Source of the DNA: Octopus sinensis
Taxonomy: Eukaryota
DNA length: 64,000 nt
Direction of reading: 5' to 3'
Assembly (NCBI RefSeq): GCF_006345805.1
Contig: NC_043000.1
Location: forward strand, 11,222,001-11,286,000
Part shown: piece by piece, positions 49,369 through 62,134 of the stretch
Layout of the letters: every line of letters starts with the position of its first letter
Position numbering within the stretch: the stretch's first letter is position 1
Notes under the pieces: model-generated
Told to the model about the DNA's origin: nothing
The model's input: the letters and a program-made list of their open reading frames with translations, nothing else
Database searches by the model: none
Program-made: the position numbers and the translations under genes

Positions 49369-50139
49369 GTAGGTATTTGTTAAGAGAAAAATAGATAGTT
49401 TCAAGTGTGGTACTTCGATGAATAATTAGTCTTATGAGCGGAATATAAATAACTTTTCTCGAATTCAGAGTATAGACTTTTAAACAACAGCCCTCACTTT
49501 TGGTATGTGTTTTCAATAGATCTAAATTGAAAAGTTAGGCGTATGAACGAGTGGATTGCGAAATCATGTTTACACTTACAAAATTTAACACAAGTAAAGA
49601 ATATTTACACTTGAGTAAAAGAAAATTCAACTCAAGAATAAATCTCAGGCGAGCGAATTCTGCAATCAGTTTTCGATTCCCACTTTAAACCAAAATACCT
49701 TTGTTTCAAACAGCAAAATATGAATATTATGTGATTTCATTCTTCGTCGCAAATTTATGAAATTTTGTAGAAATATGGAATTAATAAGGTAGTCGATTGT
49801 TTTGTAATTAATTACATCTCTTTACGTTCTGAGTTCAAACCCCGTTGAGGTCAATTTAGCCCAAAATGTTGCTTAGGATGATTTACTTGATTATGCGCGC
49901 GAAAATATATTATTTTGATATAATTTTTTTTTATTTTCATTTATTACATATAAACATGTACATCTTTTAGAACATTGTCATTTTATAAGATTTTGCTGGC
50001 AAATTTTAAAATTAAAATGAAAGAAAATTACCGGAGAACTTTCTAGTTCTTCCAAATCTTGCTGTTAAAACTATTGAAACCGTTTGTGGGGAATTTTTTT
50101 TTAGATATCACAGTAACTTGTCGCACACCACAAGGTTTA

Positions 50140-50330
50140 ACGGAACCTACCATAGCAAGCCAGCACGCTCGTAGCATTACCACGGGCAATGGCGAGGCTA
50201 AAGCGTTGGGAGAGTCGAACCTTCTCACGAGCATCACCTGACACCTCGGTATGGCGAGCTGCCAACGTTAAGAACTTCGCGGTTAGTGGTTGAGGGTGAT
50301 ACTTTGTGTACCTTTGGTAGATATTCTTCC
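50140..50330 (-). mobile_element. CRE-like C-terminal relic
   Basis: VSGDAREKVRLSQRFSLAIARGNATSVLAC* matches GDxRE..L.QRLSxAIxRGNA. Confidence 0.75.
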
Positions 50331-50611
50331 AATATTTATCCGGCGAGCTAGCAGAATCGTCAACTCCGTGGGTAAAATGCTTAGCGGCATTTCGTCCGTC
50401 TTTACATTCTGAGATCAAATTCCACCATTGTTGACTTTGCTTTTCATTCTTTCGAGGTCGATAAAGTAAATATCAGTTGAGCACTGGGGACTATATAATC
50501 GACTTAGCTCCTCACCCAAAATTTCAGGCCTTTTCCTATCATAGAAAGAAATCTATTATCCAGCACTGTTGACGTAAATCTACCTCATGATTTGAGTATC
50601 TTACAGGCTTT

Positions 50612-51011
50612 GGATCTTTTCGGTTTGAACGGCAGTTTTTTCTAGCGATGTCATATGAAATTGTCACCCATAACTATGACCCTAGTATCGATCTATTGCA
50701 TTTCAATCTCTTTTAGGGTTAGGGGTGGGGGTATCTTTTTTTCTTCACAAATGTAAATAAACCCAATCTGTTTCTTAAACGAGGGACATATTCATACGGC
50801 ACAGAATGCTTTTTAACTCAATAGACGTCACTGATTGGTTGAAATTGCAGAAATTGAAGAAAAAACAACAAATATCTTACAAACTATAGAATTTTCTCAA
50901 AGCCAAGAGAAAAAGATGTTTTATAAACACATTCTACCAGTATACGAAGTTTAAATTTTTTTAGTTACCTAGAAATTATGTTAAAAACTGCCGTTCAAAC
51001 CGAAAAGATCT
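50612..51011. mobile_element. MITE, 28-bp TIRs, related to the 23556 foldback family
   Basis: GGATCTTTTCGGTTTGAACGGCAGTTTT ... AAAACTGCCGTTCAAACCGAAAAGATCT. Confidence 0.9.
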
Positions 51012-51155
51012 CAAGCTTTGGTAAATCTGTCTCTTTTCACGTGTCTACTTTTATGCTATTATCGGTCGTGGTAAGTTTGTTTATTCACATTTCTACTTTG
51101 ATAATTTAATCATTTATGAACTTACTCAGAAATGTTTTCTTCGTTGAAATAACAG

Positions 51156-51546
51156 ATCAAAGAACAGTCCAGTCTGTGACAAAAATGTAAGTGTTCAGGT
51201 TACCAATGATCAACACTGTCCCTCAAGTTATAAAATTCAATCGACCAACACAATGTCATCTACGAGGCCGAATAAGACCGACCAATGCATATCACCAATT
51301 ACACGACCAAATACTGCTCTCAATCCTATCATCTACACAAGTGACCAACACTCGCTCCCCACCATGTCGACCAATACGAATGACCAACACTCTTACCGCA
51401 CCACGTTACCAAAAACGATTGACCAAAACTCGCTCCCCACTGCATCACCAAATACGCCTGACGTCAACAAACACGAATCGCTCGTCTGTGTATCTGACAT
51501 CAATAAAATTGCCTCATATCGTGAATTCGGAATAAAGGAAATATAG
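51156..51546 (+). CDS. Candidate orphan gene exon 3 (S/T/P-rich, NDQHS repeats)
   Basis: Acceptor ataacag, phase 2, 129 open codons with recurring (N/S/I)DQ(H/N)S motif, TAG followed by AATAAA at about 51549. Confidence 0.45.
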
Positions 51547-52268
51547 TAAATAAAAACGCACGAAAATTAAAGCTTAATGAAGCAAAAATTTAACCATTTT
51601 TTTCTCTCTAAGTAAATACAAACTATCATAAAAACCATGAATGCATATATATTGTCATACGCATGTTTCTTAATAATTTGTCATATGAATGAAATGGATG
51701 TCTTTATTAAGCCATAGCTACTTAACATTTGGAGTTTTTTAATTTTAATTAGTCGGGAGAAGTTAGACTAGTTCAATTGGGTTTTCGTGTCTAACTTCGA
51801 TGAATTTCTTTCTGCTAACTTCAAAGTGCTGCATTGATTTAGTAAACAAGTATATTACAATTTCATTTGGCTGAGTAGTTTGCCAAATGTGTTGTTTTGG
51901 CATCACCGTAGAATCACAGAACTCCACAATAAAGACATGGTATATTCATTACTCCAATACTAAACGGCTTCTCGAAATTATCTGATCCCTAGCACGGTTA
52001 TGCGCCTTATACAAATATTCTATTCTATCCTATTCATTCATATTTTCTCTCTAACCCTGAAATCTATTCTAAGTATTCTTGTATATACTTTTCAGTCACG
52101 TATTTTTTCTCTCTTCTAACATGTTTATTTAACTTTTAGCCCACTAATTTAATATAATGTCCGGTCATCTTTCGATAGCTGTAGGAATTAATCCAGTGAG
52201 AATCAACAACAATTCGTATGAGTTTTCGAAGACTTCATGTACATGGTGTATTTATTCCAATCCGGGAT

Positions 52269-52588
52269 AATAATAATAATGAAATTATTGTATACAGTGC
52301 TCAGATGCACCACAACTTGTCAAAAGTGCATATAAAGTACATGCAGTAATGTAGAAATGTCTGGAAAGCGAACAATGTATGAGTCAGATACATGCTTGTG
52401 TGTGTATGGAGGGGAGAAAATCAGGTGTAGTGTTGGCGAATCTCAGGAAGCATGGAAGTTTTGAAGGATGCAGTGCTCCGACAACTAACAACCGATGCCG
52501 GCAGTTTGTTCCATGCTTCAGCAACTCTCAGCGTGAAAAAATGTTTCCTGAAGTCATGGGAGCTGTGCTGTTTTCTTACTTTGTAAAT
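52269..52588 (-). mobile_element. CR1-clade LINE 3' end
   Basis: FRKHFFTLRVAEAWNKLPASVVSCRSTASFK, (ATT)n tail. Confidence 0.85.
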
Positions 52589-53493
52589 ACACAACTTGTA
52601 TATTAACATTTAACAGACCAGAAGGGAAGTTGGATAAGAAAAGGTTTTCGTCGACTTCATGTACATGGTGTATTTATTCCAATCCGGGATGAGAGCATTT
52701 ATACACAGCTTGTATATTAACATTTAACAGACCAGAAGAGAAGTTGGACAAGAAAAGGTTTTCGTCTTGCCGCCTTCCATGACTGGTATAGTGGATTTAA
52801 CAAAATTCAAATCAAAGCGTGGGTTGTCCAGTAGCAAGAACAGAGATGGAGGCGATGCAGTTAGCAGCAGGCCGCGTGGGAGAGCATAAGAGGTGTTCAT
52901 AGCCGTGCGCGTCTTTTTATCCCCATCTAGTTGTTAACGATGTGACCAGCGGAGATAACTCTAGATGACCCACATTAAAACATGGATTCAAATAAGGTTA
53001 CCTACAAACTCATGCTTATCACTATCGTTTCTTTTTTCTTGTTTAGCAGTTCTTATTCTTTCTCTTAGCTTTAACGCCCTCGTTTATCATGCGACACCTA
53101 ATTGCATTAATTCCATTCATTTCCTCCTGTATTAATGCTTCTCGTTATTACTGATTTCTCTCTATATACCTAAATTTTGTTTCTTCTCTTTGCTCTCTCC
53201 AAAATATTTCTCTGTGTCTTCCCTAACCTCTTTCCATTCAATTCAATTCCTGCTGCCTCGCTCTGTTAATATGAGCCACCATGACACACTAAACTTCGTT
53301 TCGGTAATAAAATAATAAAGAAGCACTTAAAATTACAGCATTGTCAAAATTCTGTGTCCGGGACGCGAAATTTCTTCTTCTCCCTACGAGAGTTCCGGAC
53401 CCCAGTAATGAACACCTTTGCATACAACCAGAGCTCACCTTGACTATGTCAAGATAATAAAAACGACGGAAGTTGTTGTTGACAAACAACACT

Positions 53494-53866
53494 GGAGGCG
53501 CAATGACCCAGTGGTTAGGGTAGCGGACTCGCGGTTTCGATTCCCAGACCGGGCGTTGTATGTGTTTATTGAGCGAAAATACCTAAAAGCTCCACGAGGT
53601 GCCGGCAGGGGGTGGGGGTGTGTGGCGACCCCTGTTGTACTCTTTCGCTCCAAATTTCTCTCACTCTTTCTTCCTGTTTCTTGTCCCCGACTTCCTACTC
53701 AACCGCTGAGCCTGGATGCGCATTCATCCCTCCCTCAATGCTCTCGGTGTTGGGGGTTGAGCTGCTTTCTCTTCTGCGGGTCTTACGAATAGCAAAGGAC
53801 CACGTTTCGGACTTCTCCCACTACAGACATGGGACGGAGACCGCTTCGCTCAACAAACAAACAACA
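53494..53866 (+). mobile_element. tRNA-headed SINE nested in a foldback-family MITE fragment
   Basis: TGACCCAGTGG A box, GTTTCGATTCCC B box; related copies at 56937-57215 and 47240-47480. Confidence 0.75.
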
Positions 53867-54039
53867 GCAGTAATTTTATTCAGGTGAATACACGTCATTA
53901 ATTGGTTGAAATTACCGAAATGCGACAACTTTAACACGAAATAACTTCGTAAACATAATCTTTTCTCAAACGCTAAGAGTAAAAGATGTTTTATGACACA
54001 TTCTACTAGTATACGAAGTTTGAAAGTGTTTAGTTACAA

Positions 54040-54560
54040 AGTCCTCTCCCCCACATCACACCCGTTTGCGTAAATTTTTGTTTTCATATTCGTTTTCTGC
54101 ACTTTTTTTAAAACACCTATTAGACTAGTATTTTTTGTTTTGTTTCGGTGACCGGGTGATAAACCAGATCCTGAAAGTTATGAGGGGGCAGGGGAAACGG
54201 ATCGTGTGAACTTTCCGACAGTCCTCTCCCCACCCCTTCGGAACGCATTTTCACCACAGATTTCTTCATAATCGTAATCTGTGCCATTGAACAGTATTTC
54301 TATAAAATTTCACTAATATATATCCATTTTCCTGAAAGTTATAAAGGAAAAAATCAGATCTTGTGAATTCTCCGAAAGTCCTCTCAGCACCCACCCGCCC
54401 CTTTTGTTTGCGTAAATTTTTGTTTTCATATTCGTTTTCTATGCATCTTTTTACACCTAATATGCCGGGGGTTTTGTTTTTGTGACTGGGTCTTAAACTG
54501 TATATTATCCAAATTTTATAGGTATTAGTTCAATTATAGTCCCAACCAAATGTAGATTTC
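54040..54560. repeat. Unclassified interspersed repeat with internal GTCCTCTCCCC duplications; second copy at about 60130-60480
   Basis: CCTGAAAGTTAT..GTGAA.TTTCCGAAAGTCCTCTC shared between copies. Confidence 0.6.
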
Positions 54561-54844
54561 CCTTTTTAGCGAGTCATTCATTAATAAAAAAAAAAAAAAT
54601 CAGCTGTAAGTTAGAGAGATTTTGAAGAAATACGATTTTAAATTAAATGCAACTACTGATAAAAAAAAAAATTTTTAAGACACAAGTGGTTTTATAGATA
54701 TGACTGACCAGTGTGGAAACGAAGTGTAAAATATGAAAAAGTAAGCAAATAGAAAAAGAAATAAAAACGGAAGCTGATGGAACAAGAGATAGAAACCATA
54801 CATGCAAAGAACTGTTATATACCATCTACAAACATAGGTTTTCA

Positions 54845-54950
54845 TTAATAAAGTTTGTGCTGGTTGCTGTCGAGACATCAGGTGTTCTTGGACCCTGCAT
54901 TACTGATGACAACTTTCTTGAGAAGATACAGGTACCATGGTGAAAATCAT
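54845..54950 (+). mobile_element. CRE-like relic
   Basis: KFVLVAVETSGVLGP motif. Confidence 0.5.
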
Positions 54951-55074
54951 CTTCTGGAAGCATAATGTGAATGTTCACAAATGGGCTCCACACCCAATTT
55001 GTTCCTGTTAAGTCTTCACACCCTCACTGCAATTCTAACAACTGATGTAATTACATGCAGAACTACATATACCT

Positions 55075-55292
55075 ATTTCTTTACTACCCACAAGGGGCTC
55101 AACACAGAGAGGACAAATGGATTAAGTCGATTATATCGACCCCAGTGCGTAACTGGTACTTATTTAATCGACCCCGAAAGGATGAAAGGCAAAGTCGACC
55201 TCGGCGGAATTTGAACTCAGAACGTAGTGGCAGATGAAATACCGCTAAGCATTTCGCCCAACGTGCTAACGATTCTGCCAGCTCACCGCCTT
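55075..55292 (-). mobile_element. SINE M, full length
   Basis: Same family as 37845-38060. Confidence 0.9.
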
Positions 55293-55384
55293 CGCAGAAC
55301 TACATATACCATTAATCTTTTCTGTGCTACCAGTTATTTCATCCTCTTTCTTTTAACCACTTCTTTCTGACATCCATTCCTTAT

Positions 55385-55715
55385 AGTTGCCAGCTCTGTC
55401 TCCCCGTGTCGGTGGCACGTAAAAGCACCATCCGTTCGTGTCCGTTGCCAGCATCGCCTGGCCCTGTGCCGGTGACACGTAAAAGCACCATCCGTTCGTG
55501 GCCGTTCGCCAGCTCTGTCTGGCACCTGTGCAGGTGGCACGTAAAAAACACCCACTACACTCGCGGAGTGGTTGGCGTTAGGAAGGGCATCCAGCCGTAG
55601 AAACACTGCCAGATCTGACTGGGCCTGACGAAGCCTTCCAGCTTCACAGTTGACCCGTCCAACCCATGCTAGCATGGAAAACAGACGCTAAACGATGATG
55701 ATGATGATGATGATA
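55385..55715 (+). mobile_element. RTE 3' UTR fragment, three modules, (GAT)n tail
   Basis: Direct similarity to 3120-3770. Confidence 0.85.
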
Positions 55716-57399
55716 TCAACCACCAACTCATTCACAGATTTTCTGTTGACCATCACTCCTATCCTCAGCTACTTCTTATTGACACCCATATGATAAATTC
55801 AATACCATGTCATATCTATTGTCTGCCAATCACAACAGTTGTATCTATGTAGCTTTGAACACCTCCACCCTTATCACTACATTTCTCTTAGTTTTGCAAC
55901 ATTCACCCACCCACCCCCACATATTTCCCATCCCTTTCCTGTCTTCTAGTGTATTATTAAACAACACATCATCCTTTCTGTGATGCCAGTCAACACCTCA
56001 TCTCTCCCAAGCCATTTCAATCAACAACTATCTTTCATCCACATCATCTTTCCCCCACTCATATTTACCATCAGTCAACCCCCACCCTTATTCATCAGGC
56101 ACTACATTTGTTTCTACCTCCATCTCCAACCGTTTCTAACTCACCCATGACACTCTTGTAATATTTAACCACACACCCTTCCTGAACTTCTGACCCACAT
56201 GCACTCTTTCCTTCATCTTCTCATAACTCAATAGTATATGCTTTGATACCTCCTCATCACCATCTTGACATATCTTTCCAAATCCCCTCCAGTTCCCCAA
56301 AAGCAACCCTTTTATAATGATCTGTAACCATAAACATTCTTTACAACAACGAACTTATTCCTGTCCCAACTTTAGCTTTTCAACATCTCAGACAAAACCA
56401 TATCTCACTCTCCTATACTCTCACTCAGTTGCAGAGTCATTTTACCTTTGATACTTACATAGTGCACTCCCTAGTGTTGCTACCATAATGGAAAAATACA
56501 AAACAAAAAGCACCTAGTACAATCTATAAAGTGGTTATCATTATGAAAAGAATCCATTCTTACAAATCATACCAAAACTAAGTCACTGAAACAAGAAATG
56601 GTCTTCCACCTCATTAGATGGATGGGTTTTCATGCAGAAGCTCAGGATCTTGAGGTCAGCTCTCACTACTTCATCCCATGTCTTCTAAATCCACTGGCTC
56701 CAGCCACATTTAGTGATCAGCAATTCCTTATACAGCAGTCCTCATCACATGTCCATACTAGCTCAGTTTTTTTATTATGCATGTATCTATATTTATCTGT
56801 TAATCAAATATATATGGCAGTGCATGCACATTACATAAACTAATGGAAAAGCACATAGATTTCCTCAAAATGAATAATACACAAATGTACATAGAAGTGT
56901 GTATATAATATATGATATACATACTTATATCATATAATGGCCCAGTGGTTAGGGCAGCGGACTCACGGTTTTGATTCCCAGACCAGGTGTTGTGTGTGTT
57001 TATTGAGTGAAAACACCTAAAGCTCCAAGAGGCTCCGGCAGGGGTGGTGATCCCTGTTGTACTCTTTCGTCCCGACTTTCTCTCAATCTTCCTGTTTCTT
57101 GAGTAACACTGCGATGGACTGGCATCCCGTTCAGCTGGGGGGAATACATACGCCACAGAAACTAGGAAACTGGGCCCATGAGCCTGGCTAGGCTTGAAAA
57201 GGGTGCATAAATAAATAAAAATAATACTTATATTATACATGCACATCTCTAAGTTAAACAAATAGAAGTTAATCAAAAATGGTAATGAAATAAATGCATT
57301 AAAATACTTTATTTCTTTCACATATTTTAGTCCACAAGTCCAGTTCATGATTTAGCTATGAAAATGGTCATACAATGTTGGTTGTTGTTGTGAGTAGTA

Positions 57400-57816
57400 A
57401 TCAATTCCGACAAACAGACAGTCACATTTTTGTACAGAAAGATACATGTGAAGTTGAGTTGCGTTTTTGTGCAAATGATTTACCAGAGATATGGATTTTC
57501 CTATGAAAATATAAATCTGGTTAATTAATTCACCACATCCAGAGAATCTTTTATCACAGACACATCAGGATGAAATGATTTCTCTCCTGTATGAATGCAT
57601 ATGTGTTTAGTTCAGGGAGTCCTTATGAGAGAACGATTTACTACAGACTTCACAGTCATATGGTTTCTACCTTGATTGAATATAATTGTGTGTAGATAAG
57701 CCTCGACTTCAAGAGAAAGATTTACCACAGGTATCAGAGAGAAATGGTTTCTCTCCTGCCCGCATACATACATGTTTAATTAAGCCACAATTATCAGCAA
57801 ATGACTTACCACAGAT
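57400..57816 (-). pseudogene. Decayed C2H2 finger repeats (about 4-5) stranded behind RTE insertion
   Basis: [35 protein letters not shown]...KPYDCEVCSKSFSH..HICIHTGEK with stops and frameshifts. Confidence 0.85.
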
Positions 57817-58066
57817 CATCATCATTTAACATCCGTTTTCCATGCTATCATGGGTTGGACGGTTCGGCCGGGGTCTGGTAAGCCATGGAGGCTGCACCAG
57901 GCTCCAGTCTGATTTGGCAGTGTTTCTACAGCTGGATGCCCTTCCTAACGCCAACCACTCCATGAGTGTAGTGCATGATTTTTACATGTCACCGGCACAG
58001 GAGCCAGAGCAGGCTGGCAAACAGCCACGATCAGTTGGTGCTTTTACGTGTCACCGGCACGGGTGT
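57817..58066 (-). mobile_element. RTE 3' UTR fragment inserted in ZF finger 18
   Basis: Modules, core and (GAT)n tail; flanked by CAGAT (57812-57816) and CAAAT (58067-58071). Confidence 0.9.
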
Positions 58067-59538
58067 CAAATATCACAGCAAAATGTTTTCTCTCCTGTAT
58101 GTATACGCATATGTTGAGTAAAGTTACTATTCTGAGAGAATGATTTACCACAGATATCACAGTGATATGGTTTCTCCCCTGTATGAATACGCTTGTGGTT
58201 CGTTAAGACACTATTTTGAGAGAATGATTTACCACAGATACGACAGTGATATGGCTTCTCCCCTGTATGAATACGCTTGTGTTTAGTTAAGCCGCTATTT
58301 TCAGAAAATAATTTACCACAGATATCACAGTGAAATGGTTTCTCTCCTGTATGAATACGTTTGTGTCTACTTAATCCATTACTTTCTATGAATGACTTCT
58401 TACAAATATCACAATGAAATAGTTTCTCTCCTGCATGTATACGCACGTGCTTAGTTAAGCCACTATTTCGTAAGAATGATTTATCACACACATGACACTG
58501 ATACAGTTTCTCTCCTCTATGCATATGTTCATGTTGAGTTAAGCCACTATTTTCAGAGAATGATTTGCCACAGATATCGCAGTGATATGGTTTATCTCCT
58601 GTATGCCTATGCACATGTTTTGTTAAGTCACTATTTCGAAAGAATGATTTACCACAGATACGACAATGATATGGTTTCTCTCCTGTATGAAAACGTACAT
58701 GTTTAGTTAAGTCACTACTTGCAGAGAATGATTTACCACAGGTATCACACTGATATGGTTTCTCACCTGTATGCATACGTATGTGCTTGGTTAAGTCACT
58801 ATTTCGAAAGAATGGCTTACCACAGATACGACAGTGATATGGCTTCTCCCCTGTATGTATACGTTTGTGATGAGTCAAAACAGTTTTCTGAGAGAATGAT
58901 TTACCACAGACATCACACTGATATGGTTTCTCTCCTGTATGAATGCGTTTGTGAGTAGTTAATACACTTCTTCGAGAGAATGATTTACCACAAATATCAC
59001 AGTGAAATGGTTTCTCCCCTGTATGCACACGTGTGTGTTCAGTTAAGTCACTATTTGTAGAGAATGATTTACCGCAGATATCACACCGATATGGTTTTTC
59101 TCCTGTATGAATAAGTTTGTGTCTAGTTACACCACTACTTTTAGAGAATGATTTACCACAGATATCACAATGATATGGTTTTTCTCCAGTATGAATATGC
59201 TTGTGAGTTGTTAAACCAGAATTTTGAGAGAATGATTTACCACAGATATTGCAATGAAATGGTTTCTCTCCTGTATGAACACGTTTATGCCTGCTTAACT
59301 TAGCACTTTCAGAGAATGATTTACCACAGATATCACAGCCATGTGGCTTCTCTCCTGTATGAATATGTTTGTGAGTAGTTAAGGAACTACTTACAGAAAA
59401 TGATTTACCACAAATATCGCAGTGAAATGGTTTCTCACCTGTGTGAATACGTACGTGTTTACTTACGTCACTTTTTCGCAAAAATGATTTACCACAGATT
59501 TCACAAAAAAATGGTTTCTCTTGTAAATTTTTTGACAT
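58066..59538 (-). CDS. C2H2 zinc finger protein, 17 complete tandem fingers plus a truncated 18th
   Basis: 490-aa ORF of CxxC-x12-HxxxH units with TGEKP linkers; ATG at 59538 with in-frame stop just upstream; acceptor at about 59838 suggests 5' UTR in same exon. Confidence 0.95.
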   Translation of the reverse strand: MSKNLQEKPFFCEICGKSFLRKSDVSKHVRIHTGEKPFHCDICGKSFSVSSSLTTHKHIHTGEKPHGCDICGKSFSESAKLSRHKRVHTGEKPFHCNICGKSFSQNSGLTTHKHIHTGEKPYHCDICGKSFSKSSGVTRHKLIHTGEKPYRCDICGKSFSTNSDLTEHTRVHTGEKPFHCDICGKSFSRRSVLTTHKRIHTGEKPYQCDVCGKSFSQKTVLTHHKRIHTGEKPYHCRICGKPFFRNSDLTKHIRMHTGEKPYQCDTCGKSFSASSDLTKHVRFHTGEKPYHCRICGKSFFRNSDLTKHVHRHTGDKPYHCDICGKSFSENSGLTQHEHMHRGEKLYQCHVCDKSFLRNSGLTKHVRIHAGEKLFHCDICKKSFIESNGLSRHKRIHTGEKPFHCDICGKLFSENSGLTKHKRIHTGEKPYHCRICGKSFSQNSVLTNHKRIHTGEKPYHCDICGKSFSQNSNFTQHMRIHTGEKTFCCDI

Positions 59539-60908
59539 TCTTCAAAGAATATAGAAACCCTGTCTACTGTTATCGACTGTAATCTTGATTGATATCTAGA
59601 GGCTATGAACACCTTTAAAAATTTATTGTAGCTTAACTGAAAGGCAAAAAGCACCAGTCCATGAGGTTGAGAAATGTTGCTATTAATCTGAGTTCAGAGC
59701 AAATAATTCACAGTAATTCCATCATAGATTAATAGCATGTCTTGTGTAACATTTTCCTTTAGACTTTAAAAGGTTACATATATTGAAGATGTATCCAATG
59801 TAAAAATAAATTCTGTTGTGTTCATGTTGTCTGTTAATCTGTAATAGAAAAGAAACAGTATAAGAAACAGAGGAGAGATCAATATGGAAATTTACCTACA
59901 TACTGATAAACAAATTACACAACACAGATGGATGGATGGATAGACAGAGGAATGGATGGATGGATAGATAGGTAGGTAGAGAGATAGATAGATAGACTGG
60001 TATAGATATATTGCTATTAGAATTGGAAAAGGCTGGGGGAACTTTTGTCAGTGAGACTTGTATTATTTAGAAAAAGTGACAGAAAGAATATTGTGAAGTT
60101 GTCAACACTTCAGACAGGGACTTTTTCAGTCTCAAAAAGATAGTGGGGAAAACAACAACATACCCCAGAAGTTTATACACTGTAGGATATCTTTCAATTT
60201 ATACGATAAACTTTATAAATTTTAAAGTTCAATATTCTCATGACGTAAGTTATATCGACATGAGTTATTCAAATAATGTACCTTATATATTTCTTTATAA
60301 TTGTAATCTATGTCGTTTGAAAGGTTTTTATATAGAATTTCATTAAAAGATATCCATTCTCCTGAAAGTTATGATGTAAAAAATGGGCTCGTGTGAATTT
60401 TCCGAAAGTCCTCTCCCCACCTCACCACCCCAGGTTTTTGTTTTTAGATTCGTTTCGTACGCATTTTATATGCGTACGATAATATAAAAACCAATGCAAA
60501 AATAGTTTGTACTACTGAAGGTGTAATTAATAAAAGACTGGTAATCATTTCCAAGAGTTTCAACTTGGCAATTTATGAAAATTTATGTAGTTGAATATTT
60601 TTATGTAGAGTCTATGAATCACCCAAACAAATGTTTCTCATCACATACAGTTCTTTTCATTCCCTATCCGGTCCACCAGTGAATTTTATTTCAAAGGATA
60701 TACATAAAATCATCTTTAACAAAAATAATTATTAAAGATAAACTAAATGCACGAATAAATATTATTAGATTCGATTCGTTAGAGTATATTTTTTTGGTTT
60801 AAAATGTGTTTAATAAGTTATTTCAGAACATAATATAATTGTGAAGAGAGGTGTGTGATTAGCAACATGAAAATGTTTTCAATTAACAGATCTGCAATTT
60901 ATTTTATG

Positions 60909-61295
60909 CTAGCAGTATCGCCCGGCGTTGCTCGGGTTTGTAAGGGAAATAACTATATAAGCATTTTTAGAGAGTTATAGCCAAAAAATAGCAAAAAAAT
61001 GGGAAAAAAAATGATGGTAAATTTTTTTTTAAATCGTTGACTCATCGTAGACATTTTTAGAGAGTTACTTCCCTTATATAATAGCGAAAAAATGCACTAA
61101 AATGGAAAAAAATGATGGTAAATTTTTTTTTAATCGTAGACTCATCGTAGACGCGCGCTAATACCCAGAAGGGCTCGATATAAATCACGACTATAAGATA
61201 CCCGGTTTTGGTTAAACTGCACCGCAAAATGTGGGAGTAGTTAGGAATCTAAATCGTAGGAGACAGACACACAACTTCTCTTTTATATATAAAGA
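60909..61295 (-). mobile_element. Non-autonomous Helitron, second copy
   Basis: Same termini and body as 19676-20044. Confidence 0.85.
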
Positions 61296-61452
61296 TTACA
61301 TGTAACAGGGGAACATTTTCTTTTTTTATTTTCCTTCTTCAAAAATAACAGAGCAACGTTCCAGTGTGGAAGTATTATTCTTTGGTAAAAATCTTCAAGG
61401 CAATAACGACGAGTCAATATTTTTGTTCCGGTGTGTCTCTATGTGTATTGAA

Positions 61453-61697
61453 TTACTGTATGGTTGAAGGGTTCACGAAATAATTCTGTATTTACACACA
61501 TTATTACAGATATATTCAAGTACATCATTGTCAACTTACCGTTTCTAATATGTCATTAGTGAATCAGTTTGATGACCAAACTCCAAAAGAAATTAATCGC
61601 GTTGTTAAATTGGGATTTTCAAAGGTTTTATTCTCTTTTATTCTACGTTAACGTTACGATTGCTTCTTCACTCTTTAGACATCAATTCGTATCTGTC
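61453..61697 (-). other. Putative non-coding first exon/donor of the ZF gene (left arm of inverted duplication)
   Basis: Donor G|GTAAGT at 61540/61539 on minus; about 250 bp alignable by eye to the reverse complement of 62846-63092. Confidence 0.6.
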
Positions 61698-62134
61698 TCT
61701 ATTTTCCATTTATTACTTAGTTGCAAGAATGGTTAGTGTAGTCGAATTCGTTTGTATGTTGTTCTAGATTAATAACAACAACCAACTTTCTTTTTGGCGC
61801 GATCATTTATTTACATATTATTGGGTTGGTGCATAATTATTGCGGCTTTTTTTCCAACAAATTTTATTCAACAAAAACAATAATAATATTTAACTAGAAA
61901 AGCACTCGGAGAGCGCAGACCTCTGCCAAACTAGCAGGAGCAGCACTACGACGACGACCACCACCACAACTATCATACCACTACCACAACCACCTACATC
62001 ATCAGCAGCATTGTCATTGCTTCCACTTCAACCACATACACCGCCATCAACGTTATCATGACAGTTACCTTGACAGTCACTTTCACCACCACAACCAGTA
62101 TAACCATTACAATACCACCATCACACAACTAACA

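Noticed and set aside
51040-51076. Strong GTAAGT donor at 51071, 85 nt before candidate exon 3
   Set aside because: Splicing here creates TG|A, a stop in the exon 3 frame; at best a non-coding variant.
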